Shown piece after piece: positions 36,479 through 48,270 of a stretch of DNA of 64,000 nucleotides. Positions within the stretch are counted from its first letter, which is position 1, and every line of letters starts with the position of its first letter. Origin of the DNA: Octopus sinensis (Eukaryota); contig NC_043016.1 in assembly GCF_006345805.1 (NCBI RefSeq), positions 6,262,001 through 6,326,000 of the forward strand, in the 5' to 3' direction. The notes beneath the pieces are model-generated. The model saw nothing but the letters and a program-made list of their open reading frames with translations, did not search any database and had not been told where the DNA came from. The translations under genes and the position numbers were made by a program.

Positions 36479-37452
36479 TTAAAATATGTGTCCTTGTTCC
36501 AATCTGAGAAGTATTTAGTAAATTCACTAAAAAATATTTAACTATTATTCTTCATCCCTTTACTTCTTTGTCTTTCCTGTACTGTGTCATACACCTGTCC
36601 CTCCATGCCTACCAGTTCTGACTTCATGGTACAAGGGAATTTTTTTTTTAACTGTTTTTATGAAAAAAGTTTCTATCCCTTATCCAACCCTCAGTAGCAT
36701 CCTGTGAGGGTTGAGCAGTTCACCCTGAGTGACACTTTTATGAGAATGCCACTTTTGGGCCTTTTGGGAGTGATGGTAGGGGTTGTGTAGTGTGTAACAC
36801 TCAAGGTTTGCCTCAGGGAGCATACACTCAAACTAGGATACAGTCACCCCCTCTTTTACCAAGGACTGGCTGACAACAGCATTTGAAGACAATAACAAGC
36901 AGAGATCAAGTAATACTGAGAGAGGGAGAAAGAGAGAGAGACACAGAAACCGGTCGGCAGACAGATCTAGCCAGACAGAAGAAGAAGAGGAAGGGAGAGA
37001 GAGTGAGGCAATATTTAAAATTCAACTGAATGACCTGCGTTGCCGAAAAATTCCCCATCTCCAACCTGTCTCACAACCTGCTGCATGTCAACTTTTTTCC
37101 CTTGTATTCAATGAACGGACAACAACAAAAAAAAGAAAAAAGAAAGAAATACAATGATACTCCTTAGAATGAAGAAAATTATGTGACATAGCATTGCGAC
37201 ATAATTCTCACCTTCCTTCCTTCCTTCTCACTTTTCCATTGTTTAGACTAGTCTGGACTGCCTTCTTTTCCTCAGTCATATTTTTCTCTTTCCTGTTGTG
37301 TGTGTGTACGTGTATGTATGATAATAGATAGATATGTATATATGTGTACGTATATAATTATATGTATGTGTGTGATTGTGCATGTGTATGTATACATATA
37401 TATATATATACATACATACACACACAATAGGATAGAGAAAAAATATACACAG

Positions 37453-37495
<43 letters not shown>

Positions 37496-37529
37496 AAAAA
37501 CTGAGAATGTGTGTCTGTGTGTATGTGTG

Positions 37530-37680
37530 CATCACTAGAGCTCAAGAACTACTCAACCGATTTCCTTCAAATTTTACACACGCCTTTCTTAGAATCCATG
37601 AAGTGTCATGAGCCAAAAATATGTTCATCTTCTTGCCTAATGTGAGCTTGAAGTAATTTCTTATCTTTTACACTATTTCA
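37530..37680 (+). repeat. Probable Helitron/HINE-type non-autonomous repeat fragment
   Basis: CTCAAGAACTACTCAACCGATTTCCTTCAAATTTTACAC after a microsatellite resembles such elements. No termini could be confirmed. Confidence 0.3.
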
Positions 37681-37851
37681 GTATTATGTGTCAAAAGTGA
37701 AACAATAACATCTCTATTGTAATGTGAGACAATACTTTCACTATTAATACTGAAACTAATAAGAGTGAAACTATTATCACATGTATACATACACACACAC
37801 TCACACACATATATGGAATAATTACTATGAAGTATTGTGTAGCATATATTG

Positions 37852-38000
37852 TATAAAGGACCATGGGTAAGGCCAGAACAATGTGAAGGAAATGCAAGGC
37901 AAATCCCCAAAACACAAATATATGAATTAATATAGACTTACCTTGCATTCAATATTTTGGGGTTTTGATCCCATTTTAAAGAAAATAACGAATGTTGTAG

Positions 38001-38037
<37 letters not shown>

Positions 38038-38203
38038 CTCACACACACATGCACACTGGCAACATTCATTAATTTCTTGAAAATGGAGTCATAACCCCAA
38101 AATACTAATGCAAGGTAAGTCTACATTAATTCATATATTGTTTTCTTGGGATTTGCTTTGCATTTACTTCGCAATGTTCTGGCCTTGCTCATGATCCTTT
38201 ATA
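37852..38203. repeat. Foldback element, arms of about 145 bp around a (GT)n/(CA)n centre
   Basis: TATAAAGGA..ATG..TAAGGCCAGAACA...AATGTTG (37852-37997) is the imperfect reverse complement of 38060-38203. Confidence 0.85.
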
Positions 38204-38334
38204 CCACACACCACACCACACACACACACACACACACATAATATATATATATATATATACACACATATAAATTGACAGAATGAGATAAAAAATCCAAGGT
38301 AGTAAATAGATTTCATAACATTTATCAAGAAAAG

Positions 38335-38379
38335 ATCTTACAGCTGTTTCCAGGATATTTTATATATTCCATCAGAGAC
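38335..38379 (-). ncRNA. Degenerate minimal hammerhead-like motif, same family as 22114
   Basis: The minus strand reads GTCT-CTGATG(G)-AATATATAAAATATCCTG-GAAAC-AGCT-GTA-AGAT. Confidence 0.45.
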
Positions 38380-38878
38380 GGTGAGTATTGATTATTGTAG
38401 AGAAGATATGAAATACAGAGGGAAGTAAGAGAATTAATATAGAAGTGAGATACATAAGGATGTTGTATTTGCAGTTCCATTATTCAAGTAGAATGGTGTA
38501 TATAAGTGATGAAAAATTTTTGGTGGGTGAAGAAATTTTCTTGTACCTGTTGTGTAAGTTCCAATAGTAGTTATATTTGGTTATTCCAAGCATAGAGCCT
38601 TGTAAACAGTGTTGGTTGATTGAGGGTTTTTTTTGGTGTAAGACTTTTTCTTGATAAATGTTATGAAATTTATTTACTGTTTGGATTTTTTTTTAATCTC
38701 ATTCTGTTAATTTATATATATTCATGCTACTACATGACCCACGTTGGACTCCTCACTCATATCATTATCGAGCCTGGAGCTTTAACCATAGTCTATCCAT
38801 AGCACTTACTTAGCATTACCCAATATCTTTTGGGTCTTCCTGACACCAGTACCTTTCATACCCTTCATATATATATAT

Positions 38879-39060
38879 GTAAAGGCACCCACTACACTCG
38901 CGGAGTGGTTGGCGTTAGGAAGGGCATCCAGCTGTAGAAACTCTGCCAGATCAGACTGGAGCTTGGAGCAGCCCCTGGCTTCCCAGACCCCGGTCGAACC
39001 GTCCAACCGTGCTAGCGCGGAAAACGGACGTTAAATGATTGATGATGATGATGATGATGA
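38879..39060 (+). mobile_element. RTE 3'-UTR copy with (TGA)n tail, embedded in (TA)n
   Basis: Conserved motifs with CpGs largely intact. Confidence 0.9.
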
Positions 39061-39169
39061 TATATATATATAATATTATATATATATATATATATTATAT
39101 ATATCTGTATGTATATATATTATATCTGTATGTATGCATGATATATATGAATATATATATATATTATAA

Positions 39170-39603
39170 TATCTATAACAATATGTTACATTACTCGGTA
39201 GTCAAGATAAAACTCTGAGTTTCAGATGCCGAAGTGGAAATCCACAACACCATCTCTTCGGTTATCTGGCTATTTGAAAACGTTATGAAAAAATACCGTT
39301 AAAAAATGAAGGAAATTACTCTGTTATAACTCTGCTTTGCCTGTGTACTTATACATCGCTCGCATTTTTCGTCATAAAAATTATATAAAATACATAAAAA
39401 TATATAAAAATATATAAAAATATATAAAATCTCTTGGGACACATAACACAGAAAGCATGCTCTCTGGTTTTTCTTTAGGGGACCAAAAACGTAACAGAAA
39501 TTTAGTCAAATTAACCGAGAGATGGTGTTGTGGATTTCCACTTCGGCATCTGAAACTCAGAGTTTATCTTGACTACCGAGTAATGTAACATATTGTATAG
39601 ATA
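39170..39603. mobile_element. MITE with TIRs of about 93-95 bp
   Basis: 39170-39264 is the reverse complement of 39512-39603 except for three single-base homopolymer indels. Confidence 0.9.
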
Positions 39604-39859
39604 AATTTCCTCTATTTACATAATATTGAGGTTTCTCTCTTTCTTCTTTGTTATCTTACCGTTTTATCAATATATATATATATATCTATATATACATTTA
39701 TATATATACATATATACAGATGTAAGTAATATAATTCTCTGAATCTTCAGATTTTTCTATATGCTATACCGCTGATTTTAAATTGATATTAATCAAATTA
39801 ATATTCAATTTTTCACCCTTATCATTTAAAATTTACATTTATATATATGTATATAAATT

Positions 39860-39917
<58 letters not shown>

Positions 39918-40020
39918 TGTATGTATGTATTGTATATATGTGTGTGTGTATATATATATATATGTATGTGTGTGTGGTATATATATATGTATATATATAT
40001 GTATATATATATATATATCA

Positions 40021-40415
40021 GAATGGAAATCGATCAATGGAAATTGAAGATGTGTTACCAGTGCCGGTGCATGTAAGAGAAACCTTCGTTTCGCGACCGT
40101 TGCCAGCACGCCCCGTTTCGTGTCCGTTGCCAGCCTCGCCTGGGCCCTTGTGCCGGTGGCATATAAAAAGCACCATCCGTTCGTGGCCGTTTGCCAGCTC
40201 TGTCTGGCACCTTGCCTGTGCGGTGGCACGTAAAAAGCACCCACTACACTCACGGAGTGGTTGGTGTTAGGAAGGGCATCCAGCCGTTAGAAACACTGCC
40301 AGATTTGACTGGGCCTGATAAGCCTTCTGGCTTCACAGACCCCAGTAGAACCGTCCAACCCATGCTAGCATGGAAAACGGACGCTAAACGACGATGATGA
40401 TGATGACGATGATGA
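40021..40415 (+). mobile_element. RTE 3'-UTR copy with (TGA)n tail
   Basis: Three GTGCCGGTG-type units, the conserved block, the palindrome and the tail. Confidence 0.9.
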
Positions 40416-40429
40416 TATATATGTATGTA

Positions 40430-40464
<35 letters not shown>

Positions 40465-40659
40465 CTGAAGGATTAATTTTAATCTTTCAGATATTTAATG
40501 CTTTTTGGGCGGCATGCAATCACCTATATTATTGGTCCTGTTATTATCATATTTAAATTGTTACACTAGATAGTAACAGAGTCAATATCTTCACAAATAA
40601 GTTTTTTGTGAATTATTTTTGCTCCATATTGTATATATATGTATAATATATGTATGCAT

Positions 40660-40704
40660 GTAATTAGTGTATATATATATATATATATGTGTACATATAT
40701 ATGT

Positions 40705-40738
<34 letters not shown>

Positions 40739-40748
40739 TGTAACATAT

Positions 40749-40839
<91 letters not shown>

Positions 40840-40844
40840 GATAG

Positions 40845-40876
<32 letters not shown>

Positions 40877-40968
40877 GATAGATGGATGGATGGATGGATG
40901 ATGGATGGATGGATAGAGAGATAGATAGATAGATAGATAGATAAGATAATAGATAGATAGATAGATAG

Positions 40969-41010
<42 letters not shown>

Positions 41011-41035
41011 TGTATAGATGGTTATATATAGATTT
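40660..41035. repeat. Compound (TA)n-(GA)n-(GATA)n-(GGAT)n microsatellite
   Basis: Read directly from the sequence. Confidence 0.95.
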
Positions 41036-41439
41036 ATATGTTGGTATCATGGTCATGGATTCCATTTACACTTGTAAGGGGAAAAATATATATTAAGAGT
41101 ATGTAGTGTTTTTATTATTAACTTTTGAATTATGAAATAATGTATTTCACTCATAATTATTCTATTATTCATTAAATTCAATTGTGTTTTTGTTTTGGAG
41201 AGAATTGAAATAAAGTTTTCACTTTCTGTTATTATTGTAGTAACTATGAAAGACTGGTGGGATTATTATTTGTATGGACTTAAAGATTGGTCACTATTTA
41301 GAATATAATTTAGTTATTGTAGGTTTACTATTAATACTGATATAGATTTATGTGTTTCTTGTTGTAGTTTAATTTTAAAGTTAGTGTTTAAACCAGCCTA
41401 TATTTGATTGAATACTGCAGTACATAGGGTGAATGTGCT

Positions 41440-41640
41440 TGAAAGTTGTGTGTTTTGTTTTTTGGTATGCTTGTTCCCAAACAGCACTTCTTTTAGTGCT
41501 GTTGACACCGCTGGATTGAATGATACTCCTCAGGTGTTGAAACCATAATGATATCCGTGGGGCAGCTGATGATGGAGGTATGCTGGATTGTTGGTATGGC
41601 TCTTTTTGTATATGTGGAATAGTGTTATAACACATCCTTT
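41440..41640 (-). repeat. Unclassified dispersed repeat, homologous to 1035-1240
   Basis: Reverse-complement homology, as described for 1035-1240. Confidence 0.6.
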
Positions 41641-41654
41641 TGATATACAAAGAT

Positions 41655-41780
41655 GTGTGTGTGTATGTATACATTTGTACATATACATACATACATATAT
41701 ATATATATACACATACATACACACACACACACATGCACGCACATGCATATACTTACACATACACACAGAAAGAAAGAGCC

Positions 41781-41847
<67 letters not shown>

Positions 41848-41871
41848 AGACAGACAGACAGACAGACAGAC

Positions 41872-41968
<97 letters not shown>

Positions 41969-41975
41969 GATATGA
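41655..41975. repeat. Compound (CA)n-(GACA)n-(GATA)n microsatellite
   Basis: Read directly from the sequence. Confidence 0.95.
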
Positions 41976-42745
41976 ATACATGAGTATACTATGTTCTCTC
42001 TCCTCTTCTACCTCTTCACCATGTCACTCACAATCAAGTATAACTTGGTGCAGAAAACAATTTCATTTTTTTTTTTCTATTTTTGAAGAAACATCAATTA
42101 CCAACCCAACGTTTATAAAGGCCAGGAGACAAAAAGCTCTGGTCAATCCATATCTACCTTTGCCACTAAATATGGCCTGTGCAACCAATGTAGTAGATCT
42201 TTCTCCAGTAAATTCGATTTTCCTTTCTTGTTTTTTCATTCAATTTTACTCTTCAACTTTTATACTTTTGCTATAACCCTCTAATGGTGTCAATATCTCT
42301 CTCTTCTCCTATACAGGGCAATCAGGCCATCCAACTCATTTAAATGTCACTAACAGGGTTTCAGATCTCCCTTTTCAACAGATGTCATACTTTAGCTCAC
42401 TGTATATCACTGGTTCTCAACCTTTACTAGTTCAGCCCCTTGATACTTTCATGAATGCTCTTTAGTGAATGCCCTACCCTTCCTGTGATTTTGCGGGGAG
42501 ATAAAGAGATATCTTAATCAAATGAAAATTATTTTCCTGCAATAGCTTATTATTCATATGTTCCTATAATATCCTGCCTAATACATGTCCCACTTCTATA
42601 ATGAAATTACATTGTATCTTGATGGATTATCTGTTTATGCTTTCTTCTCACTCATATCACAATATCTGACTCATATTTTTAATCCTGACAAAGTTTATTG
42701 AAAACTTGTTTAAAATAAAGATATTGTACTTGGTTTAATTATTAT

Positions 42746-42982
42746 TTCTGTTTCTTTATTACCCACAAGGGGCTAAACATAGAGAGGACAAACAAGGACA
42801 GACAAACGGATTAAATTAATTACATCGACCCCAGTGCGTAGCTGGTAATTAATTTATCGACCCTGAAAGGATGAAAGGCAAAGTTGACCTCGACAGAATT
42901 TGAACTCAGAACATAATGGCAGATGAAATATGGCTACACATTTCGCCCAGCGTGCTAACAGTTCTGCCAGCTCACCACCTTA
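42746..42982 (-). mobile_element. tRNA-derived SINE (family D) with a 19-bp TSD
   Basis: TACTTGGTTTAATTATTAT lies at 42727-42745 and 42983-43001. Confidence 0.92.
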
Positions 42983-43220
42983 TACTTGGTTTAATTATTA
43001 TATTTGTAAATAAAATCATGACTCATCTAAACACCAAGCACTCCTTGTGCCCCCACCCCTCAACATTTGCCAGCCCTTTCTGTGCTTACAATGCCTCCAA
43101 AGGGGTATTAATGACTAGGTTCAAAACAACTGCATTAAAGTATAGCTTTGCTGATCTGAGTTTCCTCCATGTGAATCCTATGTCCCACTTGGTGAAATTG
43201 CAATCTCAGGAGGTAAATAT

Positions 43221-44402
43221 CATCATCATCATCGTTTAACGTCTGCTTTTCATGCTAGCATGGGTTGGACGATTTTGACTGAGGGCTGGCAAACCAGATG
43301 GCTGCACCAGGCTTCAATCTTGATCTGGCAGAGTTTCTACAGCTGGATGACCTTCCTAACGCCAACCACTCCGAGAGTGTAGTGGGTGCTTTTACGTGCC
43401 ACCGGCACAGAGCCAGTCAGGTGGTACTAGCAACGACCTCGCTCAAATCTTTTTACACATGCCACCAGCACAGGTGCCAGTAAGGCGATGCTGGTAATGA
43501 TCACGCTTTTACATGCCACTGGAATGGAAGCCAGTTAGCCACTCTGTCAACGATCACACTCGTATGATGCTCTTTGTACCCCGCTAGCACGGATGCCAGT
43601 CATCGAATTTGATTTTGAATTCACTCACCTCAACAGGTCTTCGCAAGCAGAGTTTAGTGTCCAAAGAAGGAAAAGATATGCACAAGTGGGCTGGTGACGC
43701 CCCTGGCATAGGCCACAAGGTTATGGTCTCCTTTGTGTTGCCGGGTCTTCTCAAGCACAGCATATTTCCAAAAGTCTTGGTCACTAGTCATTTCCTTGGT
43801 GAGGCCTAAAGTTCGAAGGTCATGCTTCACCACTTCATCCCAGGTTTTCTTGGGCCTACCTCTTCCACAGGTTCCCTCAACTGTTAGGGTGTGGCACTTT
43901 TTCACACAGCTATCCTCATCCATTCTCGCAACATGACCATACCAGTGCAGTCGTCTCTCTTGCACACCACATCTGATGCTTCTTAGGTCCCACATTTCTC
44001 TCAAGGTACTTACACTTGAGTATGTACACTGACATTACACATCCATTGGAGCATACTGGCTTCATTCCTTGTGAGCTTACGCATGTCCTCAGCAGCCACA
44101 GCCCATGTTTCACAGCCATGTAGCATGGCTATTCGTACACATGCGTCATACAGTCTACCTTTTACTCTGAGTGAGAGGCCCTTTGTCACCAGCAGAGGTA
44201 AGAGCTCTCTGAACTTTGCCCAGGCTATTCTTATTCTAGCAGCTACACTTTCAGTGCACCTACCTCCACTACTGACTTGGTCACCTAGGTAACGGAAGCT
44301 ATCAACTATTTCTAGTTTTTCTCCCTGGAATTTGGCGGAAGTTGTTCTCTGCAGATTTTCAGTGTTTACTGCTCCCAAGCATCTGCCACATACAAAAACT
44401 AT
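43221..44402 (-). mobile_element. 5'-truncated RTE LINE (C-terminal ORF, 3' UTR, TGA tail)
   Basis: ORFs 44010..44519 (LINE part from IVFVCGRC) and 43654..44004 (RRLHWYGHVARM...GRGRPKKTW) are contiguous with the 3'-UTR repeat down to (CAT)n at 43221. Confidence 0.93.
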
Positions 44403-44847
44403 AATTTCTTTCCATTTATTTAGTTTCCATAGACCAGAGGTGGAGAAACTCCCACCCACAGGCACAATTGCATGAGCCCGTTTTATTGTGCCTGCAGGAT
44501 GGTATATTCGTATGTACAAAATATAGCAAATTTTTCAATCATAAAATTTATACAATATTCTTATGCCTATTTGCGACAATAGGTGGCGTTTCCACTACGA
44601 CTTAGACGGTTAGACTCAAACGAAATCATCAGGTAACTGCTATTTGAATGGAAATTTTGTTTTCACTATATAACACATATTGTTAGGTTGTATAAACCCC
44701 TTGAGACCCAACTATACTCTAGCTGAAAAATATAGAATACCTCATAAGTAATATAAACATCCTAAATTCAGTGGCAGCGTTTATGAAATGTTACACATTA
44801 AGTTAATGTGCTAAACTTATCTTTATTAATGTATATTGAATTATACA

Positions 44848-45329
44848 TTGAAATCGAAGTCGAAATCAAACTCAGTGACTAGCATCCGTTGCTAGTGGAG
44901 CGCTAAGAGTACCATACGAGTGAGATCGTTGCCAGAGCAACAAGCTGGCCTTCATGTCGATGGCACGTTTAGACACACCATTCGAGTGTGATCGTTACCA
45001 CATCGCCTTACTAGCACTTGTGCTGGTGACATGTGAAACCTTTGAGCTAGGTCGTTGCTAGTTTCCGCTGGACAGGCTCCTGTGCAGGTGGTACGTAAAA
45101 AGCACCATTCATTCAGACGTGGGCCGTTGCCAGTACCACCAAACTGGCCCTCGTGCCGTGGAACATTAAAGCACCCACTATATTACACTCTCGGAGTGGT
45201 TGGCGTTAGGAAGGGCATCCAGCTGTAGAACCTCTTCTGCCAGATCAGATGGAGTCTGGTTCGCCGACCGCAGTCAATCATCCAACCCATGCTAGCATGG
45301 AAAGCAGACGTTAAACGATGAATGATGAT
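44848..45329 (+). mobile_element. Long RTE 3'-UTR copy with (TGA)n tail
   Basis: Inverted relative to the UTR at about 43221-43620 and includes the same upstream UTR segment. Confidence 0.88.
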
Positions 45330-46439
45330 ATACAAGATTTACAGATATAAGAGTTAGAAATTGGTGATCCGCCGCACAGACCTTATCCTTTGTAAATTTT
45401 TGTGCTTCACATTAAAAAGTTTCTTGCCATACACATTGACCATAGCATCAATTCATTTCTAACTATTTATGGAGCACTCTCAGTGAATATTTACATCAGA
45501 TTAATTAATATATCTATTAAGATTCAGATTCATCTAATAAACACACACACACCTACATATGTGTGCTGCTCATCTTTTCATTTATCTCCCAGGTGTTACC
45601 AATTTAGCATAGGGCCATAATCCACTAATACTTTGCCAACTCCAAGTGTCATCTTCAAGAATTGTATTAAAATGCTGATCATCACTACATACTCCTTCTG
45701 TCCCCTTCACATACACTCCTTTCCATACACTTGCTGCTTCTTGTATCTTCTCCTTTACCTACCTATCTTCATGTATTTACTTTACATTTTTTCATTTATT
45801 TCACTAATATTTTCTTCATTTATATAGTTCAGTTCATTTTAAATACTGTGTGTGTGTGTGCGTGCATGTGTGTGCATGTGTCTATGTGTGTGCACACGCG
45901 TATATCCCTGCATGGAAGGCAGACGTTAAATGATAATGATGATGATATATATAATTATATATATGTGAGCAAAACGCCCCCCCCCCCCCGCTACCGCGTC
46001 CAATGGACAGTGCTGAGTTGTCAAATATTTAAACCAAATTTTCTCAAAACATAGGCCTCCCCTTTGAGAAACACTGATTTAACCTTAATTTGAGACACCA
46101 GCAAAAGAAGAAATAAAGATAGACTTTTTTCTATTTCAAAGAAAAACGATTTTATTCACACAAATTATGCAACCGAAGAGTTTAAAGTACCAGTAATGAT
46201 AAGGCTGTCGACTGGGAGAACTCAAACATGGTTTAAACAGTAAGCTTGGCAGGAAAGAAACGTGCCTTTAAGCAGTACAAAAACAGCAAAAATGGAAGGT
46301 GCAGTTAGGTACAGGTGGACGGAAGAAAAGCAGGACAAAAACGATGTATGCAAATGGGTTAGCTGGAGGTAAATCTAGATGAATGGATTATATATATTTA
46401 TATATATTTGCGCATACAAATGCATGTTCCCATGGCTTT

Positions 46440-46599
46440 ATCAATCGCATTCTCACCTGGAATGGATTTTTGTAATTTTTTCAAGACTTCTACACGCCCT
46501 GATACCATTGGTATCTACATACCAAATTTGAGCGCAATCAGATGGAGGTGCCCGAGATCCTAGACGACACACACAGACAGACAGAACGGATTTTATATA

Positions 46600-46600
<1 letters not shown>
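46440..46600 (-). mobile_element. Probable non-autonomous Helitron-like 5' segment
   Basis: The minus strand reads TATATAAAATCCGTTCTGTCTGTCTGTGTG...CAAATTTGGTATGTAGAT, a typical start for such elements. No 3' end was found. Confidence 0.35.
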
Positions 46601-46692
<92 letters not shown>

Positions 46693-46702
46693 CATGTATG
46701 TA

Positions 46703-46978
46703 TGGCACCTGTGTCGGTGGCACATAAGAAAACACCGAAAACACCATCCGAGCGTGGCCGTCTGCCAGCCTCGTCTGGCACCTGTGTCGGTGGCACATAA
46801 AATCACCCACTACACTCTCGGAGTGGTTGGCGTTAGGAAGGGCATCCAGCTGTAGAAACACTGCCAGATCTGACTGGCCTGGTGCAGCCTTCGGGCTTGC
46901 CAGACCCCAGTTGAACCGTCCAACCCATGCTAGCATGGAAAGCGGACATTAAACGATGATGATGATGATGATGATGAT
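46703..46978 (+). mobile_element. Young RTE 3'-UTR copy, same subfamily as 55575
   Basis: Shares the diagnostic GTGTCGGTGGCAC and TAAAATCACCCAC variants with 55575-55935. Confidence 0.92.
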
Positions 46979-47175
46979 ATATATATACAAAATGAGAAAA
47001 TGGAGAAATATATCTAAATCATTCATCAACTATCAGATAATACCGAATCATATACTTTATTAAAACACTACACAAGAGCATTAAGATTAGACATTAATAC
47101 AGTACAATAATTACAATCAATATAATGAGATATAACTAAATAAATATAACAAGATATAAAAATACATATACATTT

Positions 47176-47290
47176 AACTGACAGCTGTTTCGGCCATGCA
47201 GAAAGTATGTCTCATTTAACCTATATTAGCCATATATTGCAGGTATAAATGAGACATTAACAAAATTATCTTACGGCCCTTTGAGATTCT
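47176..47290 (-). ncRNA. Hammerhead-like remnant with an extended stem II hairpin
   Basis: The minus-strand 3' half GGCC-GAAAC-AGCT-GTC-AGTT is intact, while the 5' core is decayed (CTCAAAG-GGCC). An internal 12-bp perfect inverted repeat lies at 47207-47218 / 47246-47257. Confidence 0.35.
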
Positions 47291-47412
47291 AATGTAAGTA
47301 TGAGTACATACCAAAAATCATTTACATATAAATATAAATATGAGTGCATATATACTCATATCCTTATATATATACACACATATACACATACATAATAATA
47401 ATATAATATATA

Positions 47413-47448
<36 letters not shown>

Positions 47449-48059
47449 TGTATGTATGTATGTATGTACATATGTATGTATATACATATTTATTGTTTTG
47501 ATTATTTATTTATTCATTTACTAGTATGGATAATGTTTGTTTTTTTTACCTTTCATAGAAAAATGATTTTCTGAATTATAATTTTCTTTTTGACTGTTTT
47601 ATTCTATTTTCTATGCTTGTACAAATATTTCTTATTTTATTTCATTTTATTTTACTTTATTTTTGTCAGTGGAATTGTTTTCGCAGTTTGATGTCTTCAT
47701 CTGGCAATGAAGATAAGGTCTTGGGGTACTGATTACATTATCAAGACTTCAGAATCTGACTACTGCTGGTGCTTTATGTCTCAAACGAAGCCAATATAAC
47801 CATGCTTGCTCCAGTTGCCCTGACGAATTAAAAAATAAATTAATAATAAAACATTTCCATTCCTTCTTCTCAAGGATTTTTACAACAATTGAATTCAGTT
47901 TACTGATTCTAATGAAATGATTTGATCCCTTTTCATAAACAAAGCTGTAGTTGATAGATCGTTTTTGAATTTCATTCCTGACTCCATTAGTATATGAAAT
48001 TGGTGTTTGGAATATGACTTAATGAAAGGATCTTACATAAATTATGATTGAAGGTTTTA

Positions 48060-48270
48060 AATCCTCATCATCATCCTCACCCTCTTCTCCTCCCCATCCT
48101 CCTCTCCTCCTCCTCCTCTTCTTCTTCCTCCTCCTCCTCCTCTTACTCCTCCTCCTTACCACCACCACCTTCTTCTTCTTCTTTTTCTTCTTCTTCCTCT
48201 TCTTTCTCTCCCTTGTCCTCATCATTGTTGTCATCATCATCGTCGTCGTCGTCATCATCATCATCATCCT
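48060..48270. repeat. Degenerate (CCT)/(CTT)/(CAT) trinucleotide tract
   Basis: Read directly from the sequence. Confidence 0.9.

Noticed and set aside
42060-42300. Possible decayed Tc1 transposase remnant on the minus strand
   Set aside because: The resemblance is too faint, with no catalytic motif or TIR.
46110-46380. Unique-looking stretch with short open frames
   Set aside because: There is an in-frame stop, no recognisable domain and no supported splice pair.
47640-47850. Candidate exon after a pyrimidine-rich acceptor (47669 or 47686)
   Set aside because: There are early stops in every frame and no convincing donor.
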